Shown: piece by piece, positions 63,969-64,000 of the stretch
How the letters are laid out: each line of letters starts with the position of its first letter
How positions within the stretch are numbered: position 1 is the stretch's first letter
NCBI GenBank assembly: GCA_039587755.1
Contig: JBDHBD010000001.1
Coordinates: forward strand, 199,947-263,946
Direction of reading: 5' to 3'
Length of the DNA: 64,000 bases
From: Gemmatimonadota bacterium
GTDB taxonomy: Bacteria > Gemmatimonadota > Gemmatimonadetes > Palauibacterales > Palauibacteraceae
The notes under the pieces: model-generated
The model's database searches: none
What the model was told of the DNA's origin: nothing
Seen by the model: only the letters and a program-made list of their open reading frames with translations
Made by a program: the position numbers and the translations under genes

Positions 63969-64000
63969 GCGTCGAATCGTTGTCGCTGCTTTGCGCAGCG

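Overview
High-GC (~68%) bacterial chromosomal segment, almost entirely on the + strand and dominated by core housekeeping operons. No rRNA, tRNA, CRISPR array or mobile element was seen. The taxon is uncertain; the gene content (caa3 oxidase with ctaF, bacilliredoxin-like protein, DUF4159/DUF4175-like proteins) suggests a Gemmatimonadota-like or similar high-GC didermic lineage, but this is a guess. Recognised blocks, in order: rimP'-nusA-L7Ae-infB-DUF503-rbfA-truB-ribF-rpsO-pnp-M16 peptidase-ald; mreB-mreC-mreD-mrdA-rodA; accD-folC; a bacilliredoxin-like gene; hisS-guaA-nif3; a reverse-strand MlaFED-like operon led by a small lipoprotein gene; an M14 peptidase; hsp20-clpB; a GT2 gene and a methylmalonyl-CoA-epimerase-like gene (reverse strand); trxA; rsmI followed by a tightly coupled four-gene operon of uncharacterised envelope proteins; valS; a lipoprotein; an orphan selA; a gmhB-like HAD phosphatase; purN-purH; msrP without msrQ; a caa3-type cytochrome c oxidase operon ctaC-ctaD-ctaE-ctaF; a Zn/Cd-type P1B ATPase; a reverse-strand DUF4159-like protein with a zinc ribbon; a TPP-dependent E1-alpha; and a DsbA-like protein with a CPHS active site. 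The best candidate for an undescribed system is the four-gene operon at 37411-45001: a giant membrane coiled-coil protein, a TPR protein, a secreted glutamine-amidotransferase-fold-like protein and a small TM protein. A second ThuA/DUF4159-like paralog lies at 60564-61406. All calls are made by eye from the translations; no database search was possible.
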